Origin: Microcystis aeruginosa NIES-843
Lineage (GTDB): Bacteria > Cyanobacteriota > Cyanobacteriia > Cyanobacteriales > Microcystaceae
Length of the DNA stretch: 32,000 nt
Reading direction: 5' to 3'
NCBI RefSeq assembly: GCF_000010625.1
Contig: NC_010296.1
Location: 2,640,001 to 2,672,000 of the forward strand
Position 1 is the first letter of the stretch; every line of letters starts with the position of its first letter. The position numbers and the translations under genes are program-made. Under the pieces are notes generated by a model. It was not told the origin of the DNA and did not search any database. It saw nothing but the letters and a program-made list of their open reading frames with translations. This document shows positions 8,280 through 15,965 of this stretch, in pieces.

Positions 8280-10814
8280 ATGGCTGATTTTCTTGATTTC
8301 GTTGTTCGTGACAGTTTGCTCAATCCTCTTACTATCACGCTTTTATCTACAGATTTAGAACAAATTGACGAAGGAACAAGACATAGCATTGATGCTCAGA
8401 TTGATGACACAGATCCTCTTGGGCGTAAAGGTGCGATTTTAGCTGAGTCGGCGCAGGAAAATGACCTAAAGACAGGAAATTCCCAGTCTGTATCGCTTAA
8501 TACTAGCCAATCTCTAAGTTCTCTGGTTTCAAGTAACTTACAACACATTGCTGGGTGTAACTGCTCATTCTGCGCTCTTCCTCCATTTGATCCGAATCTA
8601 GTTAAGAATCAACCGAAACAGTCAGCCGCCACTGTATCAGCCGCTTTAAATCTATCTCAAACTTTCTCCCTTAACAGCTTAGCAGGAGCAAATCACACAA
8701 TTTATCTGGATTTTAACGGGCATACTACTTCTGGTACTTCTTGGAATACAGCCTATAATAAGGCTAATATTGTTACTCCTGCTTTCGATTTTGATGGCAA
8801 TACAGGGTCTTTTAGTAATGCTGAACTAGAAAGAATCCAGTATATTTGGCAGCGCGTGGCGGAGGATTTCATCCCCTTTAATGTTAATGTCACAACTCAA
8901 GCTCCAACGGATATCAATGATTTGATTAAAAGCGGTACTGGTGACACTCGCTGGGGTGTGCGTGTTGCTATTGGTGGGAGCAGTTATGACTGGTTCGGTG
9001 CTGGAGCAGGAGGAGTTGCCTACGTTGGTTCTTTTAACTGGAATAGTGATACTCCCACCTTTGTTTTTGATGACCAACTAGGTAATGGTAACGAAAAATA
9101 TACGGCTGAAGCTATTTCCCATGAAGTAGGACATACTCTCGGACTATCCCATGATGGACGAATTACCCCCAGTGAGGGATACTACGCAGGACATGGTAGT
9201 GGGGATACTGGCTGGGCACCAATTATGGGAGTAGGATACTATCAGAACCTATCCCAGTGGAGTAAAGGGGAGTATGCTTCCGCTAATAATACTCAAGATG
9301 ATTTGCAAATTATTACCACCCAAAATGGTTTTGGCTACCGAACCGATGATACTGGCAATACAATTGCTACTGCGAAAGCATTAACGGTTTCTGGTGCTTC
9401 TGTTAGTGGTAATGGTATCATTGAGCGCAATACGGATGTAGATTTCTATAGTTTTACTACAGGTGCGGGTGCGATTAGTTTGACGGTGAATCCATTTAAT
9501 CGTGGACCAAATTTAGATATTTTGGCAGAGTTATACAATTCTGCGGGAACTCTAATTGCATCATCTAATCCGACGGATTTATTATCAGCAAATATTACAG
9601 CAAATGTCGCAGCCGGAACCTATTACCTCAAAATTGACGGTATTGGGAAAGGTAATCCTCTTACTACTGGTTACACAGATTACGGTAGTTTGGGGCAGTA
9701 TTCGATTAGTGGTTCAGTTTCTAGTCCTTCTAAAGATATTTTCATCCGTAGTCCTCAATATGCAGGATTATTAACCTATAACGGTTCGGGCTTTCAACCT
9801 AACTCGATTCAGTATGACTGGATCGGCGGCTGGAAACTTGGTTCAGGGGATAAACATTTGGCGGGTGACTTCGATGGTAATGGTAAAGATGACGTTTTCA
9901 TCCGTAGTCCTCAATATGCAGGATTATTAACCTATAACGGTTCGGGCTTTCAACCTAACTCGATTCAGTATGACTGGATCGGCGGCTGGAAACTTGGTTC
10001 AGGGGATAAACATTTGGCGGGTGACTTCGATGGTAATGGTAAAGATGACGTTTTCATCCGTAGTCCTCAATATGCAGGATTATTAACCTATAACGGTTCG
10101 GGCTTTCAACCTAACTCGATTCAGTATGACTGGATCGGCGGCTGGAAACTCGGTTCAGGGGATAAACATTTGGCGGGTGACTTCGATGGTAATGGTAAAG
10201 ATGACGTTTTCATCCGTAGTCCTCAATATGCAGGATTATTAACCTATAACGGTTCGGGCTTTCAACCTAACTCGATTCAGTATGACTGGATCGGCGGCTG
10301 GAAACTCGGTTCAGGAGATCAACACTTTGTGGGTGACTTCGATGGTAATGGTAAAGATGACGTTTTCATCCGTAGTCCTCAATATGCAGGATTATTAACC
10401 TATAACGGTTCGGGCTTTCAACCTAACTCGATTCAGTATGACTGGATCGGCGGCTGGAAACTCGGTTCAGGAGATCAACACTTTGTGGGTGACTTCGATG
10501 GTAATGGTAAAGATGACGTTTTCATCCGTAGTCCTCAATATGCAGGATTATTAACCTATAACGGTTCGGGCTTTCAACCTAACTCGATTCAGTATGACTG
10601 GATCGGCGGCTGGAAACTCGGTTCAGGAGATCAACACTTTGTGGGTGATTTTAACAACGATGGCAAAGATGATGTTTTCATCCGTAGTCCTCAATATGCA
10701 GGATTATTAACCTATAACGGTTCGGGCTTTCAATCTAACTCGATTCAGTATGACTGGATCGGCGGCTGGAAACTCGGTTCAGGAGATCAACACTTTGTGG
10801 GTGATTTTGCCTAG
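8280..10814 (+). CDS. metzincin-type zinc metalloprotease, paralog A: ~130-aa leader/propeptide, catalytic domain, PPC (pre-peptidase C-terminal) domain, 7 FG-GAP/VCBS-like repeats of 52 aa
   Basis: HEVGHTLGLSHDG matches HExxHxxGxxH(D), and APIMGVG is a candidate Met-turn. The PPC-like segment reads DVDFYSF...GTYYLKIDG. The seven repeats each carry GDFDGNGKDD. ATG 8280 has GGAGGA 8 nt upstream; the listed ORF starts at an upstream TTG (8259). Confidence 0.8.
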   Translation: MADFLDFVVRDSLLNPLTITLLSTDLEQIDEGTRHSIDAQIDDTDPLGRKGAILAESAQENDLKTGNSQSVSLNTSQSLSSLVSSNLQHIAGCNCSFCALPPFDPNLVKNQPKQSAATVSAALNLSQTFSLNSLAGANHTIYLDFNGHTTSGTSWNTAYNKANIVTPAFDFDGNTGSFSNAELERIQYIWQRVAEDFIPFNVNVTTQAPTDINDLIKSGTGDTRWGVRVAIGGSSYDWFGAGAGGVAYVGSFNWNSDTPTFVFDDQLGNGNEKYTAEAISHEVGHTLGLSHDGRITPSEGYYAGHGSGDTGWAPIMGVGYYQNLSQWSKGEYASANNTQDDLQIITTQNGFGYRTDDTGNTIATAKALTVSGASVSGNGIIERNTDVDFYSFTTGAGAISLTVNPFNRGPNLDILAELYNSAGTLIASSNPTDLLSANITANVAAGTYYLKIDGIGKGNPLTTGYTDYGSLGQYSISGSVSSPSKDIFIRSPQYAGLLTYNGSGFQPNSIQYDWIGGWKLGSGDKHLAGDFDGNGKDDVFIRSPQYAGLLTYNGSGFQPNSIQYDWIGGWKLGSGDKHLAGDFDGNGKDDVFIRSPQYAGLLTYNGSGFQPNSIQYDWIGGWKLGSGDKHLAGDFDGNGKDDVFIRSPQYAGLLTYNGSGFQPNSIQYDWIGGWKLGSGDQHFVGDFDGNGKDDVFIRSPQYAGLLTYNGSGFQPNSIQYDWIGGWKLGSGDQHFVGDFDGNGKDDVFIRSPQYAGLLTYNGSGFQPNSIQYDWIGGWKLGSGDQHFVGDFNNDGKDDVFIRSPQYAGLLTYNGSGFQSNSIQYDWIGGWKLGSGDQHFVGDFA
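9741..10814 (+). repeat. coding tandem array, 7 x 156 bp (52 aa); units 1-2 are 100% identical
   Basis: ttcatccgtagtcctcaatatgcagg recurs at 9741, 9897 and onward with a 156-bp period. Two subtypes are visible: GDKHLAGDFDGNGKD (units 1-3) and GDQHFVGDF.. (units 4-7). Confidence 0.95.
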
Positions 10815-10817
10815 CAC

Positions 10818-10855
10818 GATCGCCTTTATGTGAACTGAAATTCCCAAAGGCGATC
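10818..10855 (+). terminator. 10-bp inverted repeat (gatcgccttt ... aaaggcgatc) just after protease A; a possible terminator with no T-tract
   Basis: Stem 10818-10827 / 10846-10855, 18-nt loop, overlapping a HIP1 site. Weak as an intrinsic terminator. Confidence 0.25.
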
Positions 10856-10934
10856 GCCTTACATGAAACAAAATTTTAAAATGCGATCGCCTAAAAAACC
10901 CTAATTGGGGGGAGCGTTGACATTATCTTAGTCT

Positions 10935-11011
10935 TAGGAGGTTTCTTTTACCGCTGCTTGGGAGGAGTGGATTTCGTGCAGGTTGCGAAAATAATTGACG
11001 AGGGGATTCAT
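10935..11011 (-). pseudogene. 77-bp remnant of the RM gene 5' end (codons 1-25, then stop)
   Basis: The reverse complement reads ATGAATCCCCTCGTCAATTATTTTCGCAACCTGCACGAAATCCACTCCTCCCAAGCAGCGGTAAAAGAAACCTCCTAA. This is MNPLVNYFRNLHEIHSSQAAVKETS*, nearly identical to 7958-8034. Confidence 0.85.
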
Positions 11012-11324
11012 TAGGAGTGTTGTAAAAATCAAAAATTGTTGTTAGGGTTAGGAGTCAGGAGTCGGTCGTCAGGAGTCAGGAGAATTAAGAATGAATAATA
11101 ATTAACTAAATAGTCTATTTACATATTTTATGCCATTTAATCCTTATTTTTGCCATTTTTGAACCCTCAAAAATTAATTATCGGTCGCAACTAGCTTCTG
11201 AAGCCTAATCCTGGTCAGGCGTTTGCTTACTGGCCCTCTCTACTCGCACTTAGAAGTTAATTGAATGGAAAGAGCTTCTACGGTACAGTGAAAGTTAACG
11301 TTACTGTTGGAAAAACCTAATCCC

Positions 11325-11753
11325 ATGAATCGTCGTGAATTTGTTGCCCTCGTTGGTGTTGGCGGAGCCATGGCCTGCGCCCCAGAAATCCTAGCGACGG
11401 CTACCGACCAAGAGATGACCCCGGCCCAAGCGGCGGATGGCTTTGTGAAAGTGACGGGCATTACCCTCAAAGAATTGGAAGCCAAAGGCAGTTTTCTGGA
11501 TAAAAAATCCCCGGTCGGCTCCTTGCTCCTGATCTGGGAGAAAAAGACGAAAAAGATCAGTGCAGTAAACCCGACTTGTACCCATGAAGGCTGTACGGTG
11601 AAATGGGATACTGGCGCACAGATTTTAGCTTGTCCCTGCCATACGGGAAAATTTACCGCCACTGGGGTCGTCACGAATAAACCCCCAAAAGGCAATCTAA
11701 CCACCTATCAAGTCAAGGTCGAAAAAGACGTTATTTTCGTGAAAAAAGCTTAA
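11325..11753 (+). CDS. small Rieske [2Fe-2S] protein with a twin-arginine signal and possible lipobox (PetC3-like)
   Basis: MNRREFVALVGVGGAMAC carries the RR motif and an AMAC lipobox-like end. The Rieske ligand boxes CTHEGC and CPCH are present. ATG 11325 is preferred over the listed TTG 11307. Confidence 0.85.
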   Translation: MNRREFVALVGVGGAMACAPEILATATDQEMTPAQAADGFVKVTGITLKELEAKGSFLDKKSPVGSLLLIWEKKTKKISAVNPTCTHEGCTVKWDTGAQILACPCHTGKFTATGVVTNKPPKGNLTTYQVKVEKDVIFVKKA

Positions 11754-11812
11754 CGGGGTTGACGGAATACTGGATTAGGCATAATTGAGGAAAAACTCGC
11801 ACAATTTCGGTT

Positions 11813-12003
11813 TCAGACCTCTGCGGCTTTTTCTGGCTCAATCTCGGTCTCCAATTCTTGACGTAATTCTTCTAGAGAAGTGGTAGCAGCTGTCTGAGAT
11901 AATCTTTCGAGTTTCCCAGTTCTACTTGTTCTAAAACCTGAAGAAAATGTTCTTGTGCTTGGGTATAGCTAGTATAGGTGGTGGGGATGGGCAGCATAGC
12001 CAT
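11813..12003 (-). pseudogene. Phd/YefM antitoxin gene copy with a 142-bp internal (frameshifting) deletion
   Basis: 11767-12033 aligns with 16309-16719 except that 16453-16594 is missing. The junction is gataatctttc|gagtttccc. Confidence 0.8.
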
Positions 12004-12026
12004 TAATCAACTCCGCAGTCAAAAAA

Positions 12027-12509
12027 TTAATCATTGGATGGATTTGAGGTTTTCAGCCAAAACTCGGCTTCTGACGGGGCTAAACTATAGGCTTCTAATT
12101 CCACCGGTTGACCTTGGCTATTGCGACCAATGAGCAGAAAATCGCAATAATTGCTGACTAATACTTGACCGTATTTTTGCCAGTATTTTTGTACTTGTTC
12201 GCTGGCGGCGATTTTTTTGACATCTTCTTTGGTTCCCTTAATCTCGATCGCACCTCTTTCGGGAAAAATCGCCGTAAAAGGTTCTAATTCTTGATTTTTT
12301 TGGAATTGATCGACGTTAAAAAGTCCCCCATCCGGCAATCCCGCACCCTGATTTCTGAGGTTGATAATGCAGCGGACTCGCGGTTTTAGGGTTTTACCGA
12401 TTTCGTTGAGGAGAGTTTCGAGAGTGCCGTAGTAGGAGGTTTCTTTTACTGCTGCTTGGGAGGAGTGGATTTCTTGCAGGTTGCGAAAATAATTAACGAG
12501 GGGATTCAT
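12027..12509 (-). pseudogene. truncated duplicate of the RM gene: N-terminal 158 aa (PD-ExK-like region only) plus 2 novel codons, ORF intact
   Basis: There are 4 substitutions (H12Q, I97V, T119S, R122C) over 158 aa relative to 4570-8034. Homology ends at 12034, where the sequence switches to the yefM upstream region. The promoter-side sequence is almost identical to that of the full gene. Confidence 0.8.
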
Positions 12510-12753
12510 AAAAACTGTGGTCTAGATAATTAAGGTTAATCTTATAAAATTTTGTTACAAGATTGAACATTTCTGCTTTGAACGGTTACAATTCCCATTG
12601 TAGGTAGCCGGTTATATTTAAATTAAAAATCGATTTTAGGTTCGATCCCCCCTACCCCCCTTAATAAGGGGGGCAGGGGAGGCGGGGGCTCTGATAATTT
12701 TTAACGCCTACCTACTTAATTATTGATCTCTCTTGTTTTGGAGGAAATTAAAG

Positions 12754-15396
12754 ATGGCTGATTTTCTTGATTTCGTTGTTCGTGACAGTTTGCTCAATCC
12801 TCTTACTATCACGCTTTTATCTACAGATTTAGAACAAATTGACGAAGGAACAAGACATAGCATTGATGCTCAGATTGATGACACAGATCCTCTTGGGCGT
12901 AAAGGTGCGATTTTAGCTGAGTCGGCGCAGGAAAATGACCTAAAGACAGGAAATTCCCAGTCTGTATCGCTTAATACTAGCCAATCTCTAAGTTCTCTGG
13001 TTTCAAGTAACTTACAACACATTGCTGGGTGTAACTGCTCATTCTGCGCTCTTCCTCCATTTGATCCGAATCTAGTTAAGAATCAACCGAAACAGTCAGC
13101 CGCCACTGTATCAGCCGCTTTAAATCTATCTCAAACTTTCTCCCTTAACAGCTTAGCAGGAGCAAATCACACAATTTATCTGGATTTTAACGGGCATACT
13201 ACTTCTGGTACTTCTTGGAATACAGCCTATAATAAGGCTAATATTGTTACTCCTGCTTTCGATTTTGATGGCAATACAGGGTCTTTTAGTAATGCTGAAC
13301 TAGAAAGAATCCAGTATATTTGGCAGCGCGTGGCGGAGGATTTCATCCCCTTTAATGTTAATGTCACAACTCAAGCTCCAACGAATATCAATGATTTGAT
13401 TAAAAGTGGTAGTGGTGACACTCGCTGGGGTGTGCGTGTTGCTATTGGTGGGAGCAGTTATGACTGGTTCGGTGCTGGAGCAGGAGGAGTTGCCTACGTT
13501 GGTTCTTTTAACTGGAATAGTGATACTCCCACCTTTGTTTTTGATGACCAACTAGGTAATGGTAACGAAAAATATACGGCTGAAGCTATTTCCCATGAAG
13601 TAGGACATACTCTCGGACTATCCCATGATGGACGAATTACCCCCAGTGAGGGATACTACGCAGGACATGGTAGTGGGGATACTGGCTGGGCACCAATTAT
13701 GGGAGTAGGATACTATCAGAACCTATCCCAGTGGAGTAAAGGGGAGTATGCTTCCGCTAATAATACTCAAGATGATTTGCAAATTATTACCACCCAAAAT
13801 GGTTTTGGCTACCGAACCGATGATACTGGTAGTACAATTGCTACTGCGAAAGCATTAACGGTTTCTGGTGCTTCTGTTAGTGGTAATGGTATCATTGAGC
13901 GCAATACGGATGTAGATTTCTATAGTTTTACTACAGGTGCGGGTGCGATTAGTTTGACGGTGAATCCATTTAATCGTGGACCAAATTTAGATATTTTGGC
14001 AGAGTTATACAATTCTGCGGGAACTCTAATTGCATCATCTAATCCGACGGATTTATTATCAGCAAATATTACAGCAAATGTCGCAGCCGGAACCTATTAC
14101 CTCAAAATTGACGGTATTGGGAAAGGTAATCCTCTTACTACTGGTTACACAGATTACGGTAGTTTGGGGCAGTATTCGATTAGTGGTAGTATTAGTAACT
14201 CATATGGAAACTTGACAGTAACAAACCAATTTATCGGAGATTTTGCCTCTTGGTCTGCTAACTCAAACGTAAGGGTATTAACGGGTGATTTTAACGGTGA
14301 TGGTAAAACAGATGTGTCCCTAGTCAATCAGTCCGCAGGATGGAGTACATTGCCCGTAGCTTTCTCTCAAGGAAATGGGAATTTTTCCGTAACAAACCAA
14401 TTTATCGGAGATTTTGCCTCTTGGTCTGCTAACTCAAACGTAAGGGTATTAACGGGTGATTTTAACGGTGATGGTAAAACAGATGTGTCCCTAGTCAATC
14501 AGTCCGCAGGATGGAGTACATTGCCCGTAGCTTTCTCTCAAGGAAATGGGAATTTTTCCGTAACAAACCAATTTATCGGAGATTTCGCCTCTTGGTCTGC
14601 TAACTCAAACGTAAGGGTATTGACGGGTGATTTTAACGGTGATGGCAAAACAGACGTATCTCTAGTCAATCAGTCCGCAGGATGGAGTACATTGCCCGTA
14701 GCTTTCTCTCAGGGAAATGGGAGTTTTTCCGTAACAAACCAATTTATCGGAGATTTTGCCTCTTGGTCTGCTAACTCAAACGTAAGGGTATTAACGGGTG
14801 ATTTTAACGGTGATGGTAAAACAGATGTGTCCCTAGTCAATAAATCCGTAGGATGGAATACATTGCCAGTAGCTTTCTCTCAAGGAAATGGGAGTTTTTC
14901 TGTAACAAACCAATTTATCGGAGATTTTGCTTCTTGGGCTGCTAATCCGGGTGTTGACGCACTAACAGGTGATTTTAACGGCGATGGTAAAACGGATGTG
15001 GCCCTAATCAATAAATCCGCAGGATGGAATACATTGCCAGTAGCTTTCTCTCAAGGAAATGGGAGTTTTTCTGTAACAAACCAATTTATCGGAGATTTTG
15101 CTTCTTGGGCTGCCAACCCGAACGTAAGGGTACGAACGGGTGATTTTAACGGTGATGGTAAAACGGATGTGGCCCTAGTCAATCAGTCCGCAGGATGGAA
15201 TACATTGCCAGTAGCTTTCTCTCAAGGAAATGGGAGTTTTTCTGTAACAAACCAATTTATCGGAGATTTTGCTTCTTGGGCTGCTAACCCGAACGTTAAC
15301 GTACTAACAGGTAATTTTAATGGTGATAGTAAAACGGATGTGGCTCTAGTCAATCAGTCCGCAGGATGGAATACATTGCCTGTGGCTTTTTTCTAG
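12754..15396 (+). CDS. metzincin-type zinc metalloprotease, paralog B: same leader, catalytic and PPC domains as A, but 7 unrelated FG-GAP/VCBS-like repeats of 57 aa
   Basis: The first ~478 codons differ from paralog A at 3 residues. After ...GSLGQYSISGS the sequence switches to repeats carrying LTGDFNGDGKTDV. Confidence 0.8.
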   Translation: MADFLDFVVRDSLLNPLTITLLSTDLEQIDEGTRHSIDAQIDDTDPLGRKGAILAESAQENDLKTGNSQSVSLNTSQSLSSLVSSNLQHIAGCNCSFCALPPFDPNLVKNQPKQSAATVSAALNLSQTFSLNSLAGANHTIYLDFNGHTTSGTSWNTAYNKANIVTPAFDFDGNTGSFSNAELERIQYIWQRVAEDFIPFNVNVTTQAPTNINDLIKSGSGDTRWGVRVAIGGSSYDWFGAGAGGVAYVGSFNWNSDTPTFVFDDQLGNGNEKYTAEAISHEVGHTLGLSHDGRITPSEGYYAGHGSGDTGWAPIMGVGYYQNLSQWSKGEYASANNTQDDLQIITTQNGFGYRTDDTGSTIATAKALTVSGASVSGNGIIERNTDVDFYSFTTGAGAISLTVNPFNRGPNLDILAELYNSAGTLIASSNPTDLLSANITANVAAGTYYLKIDGIGKGNPLTTGYTDYGSLGQYSISGSISNSYGNLTVTNQFIGDFASWSANSNVRVLTGDFNGDGKTDVSLVNQSAGWSTLPVAFSQGNGNFSVTNQFIGDFASWSANSNVRVLTGDFNGDGKTDVSLVNQSAGWSTLPVAFSQGNGNFSVTNQFIGDFASWSANSNVRVLTGDFNGDGKTDVSLVNQSAGWSTLPVAFSQGNGSFSVTNQFIGDFASWSANSNVRVLTGDFNGDGKTDVSLVNKSVGWNTLPVAFSQGNGSFSVTNQFIGDFASWAANPGVDALTGDFNGDGKTDVALINKSAGWNTLPVAFSQGNGSFSVTNQFIGDFASWAANPNVRVRTGDFNGDGKTDVALVNQSAGWNTLPVAFSQGNGSFSVTNQFIGDFASWAANPNVNVLTGNFNGDSKTDVALVNQSAGWNTLPVAFF
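14218..15396 (+). repeat. coding tandem array, 7 x 171 bp (57 aa); units 1-2 are 100% identical
   Basis: gtaacaaaccaatttatcggagatttt recurs at 14218, 14389 and onward. Sequence grades from the SWSANSNVRVL/VSLVNQSAGWST type (units 1-3) to the SWAANPNV/VALVNQSAGWNT type (units 5-7). Confidence 0.95.
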
Positions 15397-15536
15397 CGCT
15401 ATCGCCTTGACGTAAACTCTGAAAATATGGAACGCAATCGCCTAAAAAACCCTAATTGGGGGGGAGCGTTAACATTATCTTAGCCTTGGCAGTAGCTGAC
15501 TGGGTGAGGGGGTCATCAGGATTTTAGCAGACTTAG

Positions 15537-15749
15537 CTTGAAGTAACGGTTAAATTTCTGGAATCCATTATCCGTAAACCAGAAAAAAACTTCTGGTTTA
15601 CGGATAATTTACAAGGAGATGTCAAGCAATTAAAGAATTTTACCCCTAATTATCGCTTAAGGGTGGGTAACTATCGAATTCTATTTGAGGTTGAAGAAAT
15701 CACTTTAGTGATTTATCGTGTTAAACATCGACAAAATATCTACAATTAA
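15537..15749 (+). pseudogene. RelE/ParE-family toxin remnant lacking a start codon
   Basis: The frame is open from 15537 with no ATG or GTG near its 5' end. The C-terminus ...NYRLRVGNYRILFEVEEITLVIYRVKHRQNIYN* is typical of RelE/ParE. Confidence 0.6.
15568..15607. repeat. perfect 17-bp stem / 6-nt loop palindrome
   Basis: ttatccgtaaaccagaa aaaaac ttctggtttacggataa. It lies inside the RelE-like remnant, about 170 bp downstream of protease B. Confidence 0.9.
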
Positions 15750-15764
15750 ATTAAGGAGAAAACA

Positions 15765-15965
15765 ATGATTGAATTACATCCTGAATTCTTAATCAAAAAT
15801 GGCAAAAAAGAATTTGCTGTTTTAACTTATGAGGAGTTTATGAAAATTAAAGAAATCTTAGAAGACTTAGAGGATTTGGAAGATTTAATACAGGCAAAAG
15901 AAGAAGAAAAAGATAGTCAAACTTATTCTCTAGATGAGGTTAAGAAGATGCTAAATATTGATTGA
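15765..15965 (+). CDS. small acidic antitoxin-like protein (Phd/YefM-like N-terminus), 66 aa
   Basis: AGGAG lies 8 nt upstream of the [31 protein letters not shown] resembles antitoxin helices. It sits 15 nt downstream of the toxin remnant. Confidence 0.5.
   Translation: MIELHPEFLIKNGKKEFAVLTYEEFMKIKEILEDLEDLEDLIQAKEEEKDSQTYSLDEVKKMLNID

Noticed and set aside
8826-9774. ORFs 8826-9077(-) and 9556-9774(+), and their duplicates 13300-13551(-) and 14030-14215(+)
   Set aside because: They appear conserved only because they lie inside the duplicated protease block. They have no independent signals.
10860-10931. The conserved protease 3' flank considered as a small RNA or terminator
   Set aside because: Only weak secondary-structure potential is present (ccctaattgggg). 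Part of it resembles the MITE terminus (aaaccctaatt). Evidence is insufficient for an RNA call, so it is reported only as a duplication landmark.
11240-11704. 154-aa and 64-aa ORFs antisense to the Rieske gene
   Set aside because: The plus-strand ORF has a Tat signal and both Rieske ligand boxes. The antisense frames have no features.
9741-15396. The tandem repeat arrays considered as CRISPR arrays or as the variable region of a diversity-generating retroelement
   Set aside because: The repeats are contiguous with no spacers, lie in one long ORF, and encode FG-GAP-like units. There is no cas gene, no reverse transcriptase and no template repeat in the window, and the differences between units are not adenine-specific.
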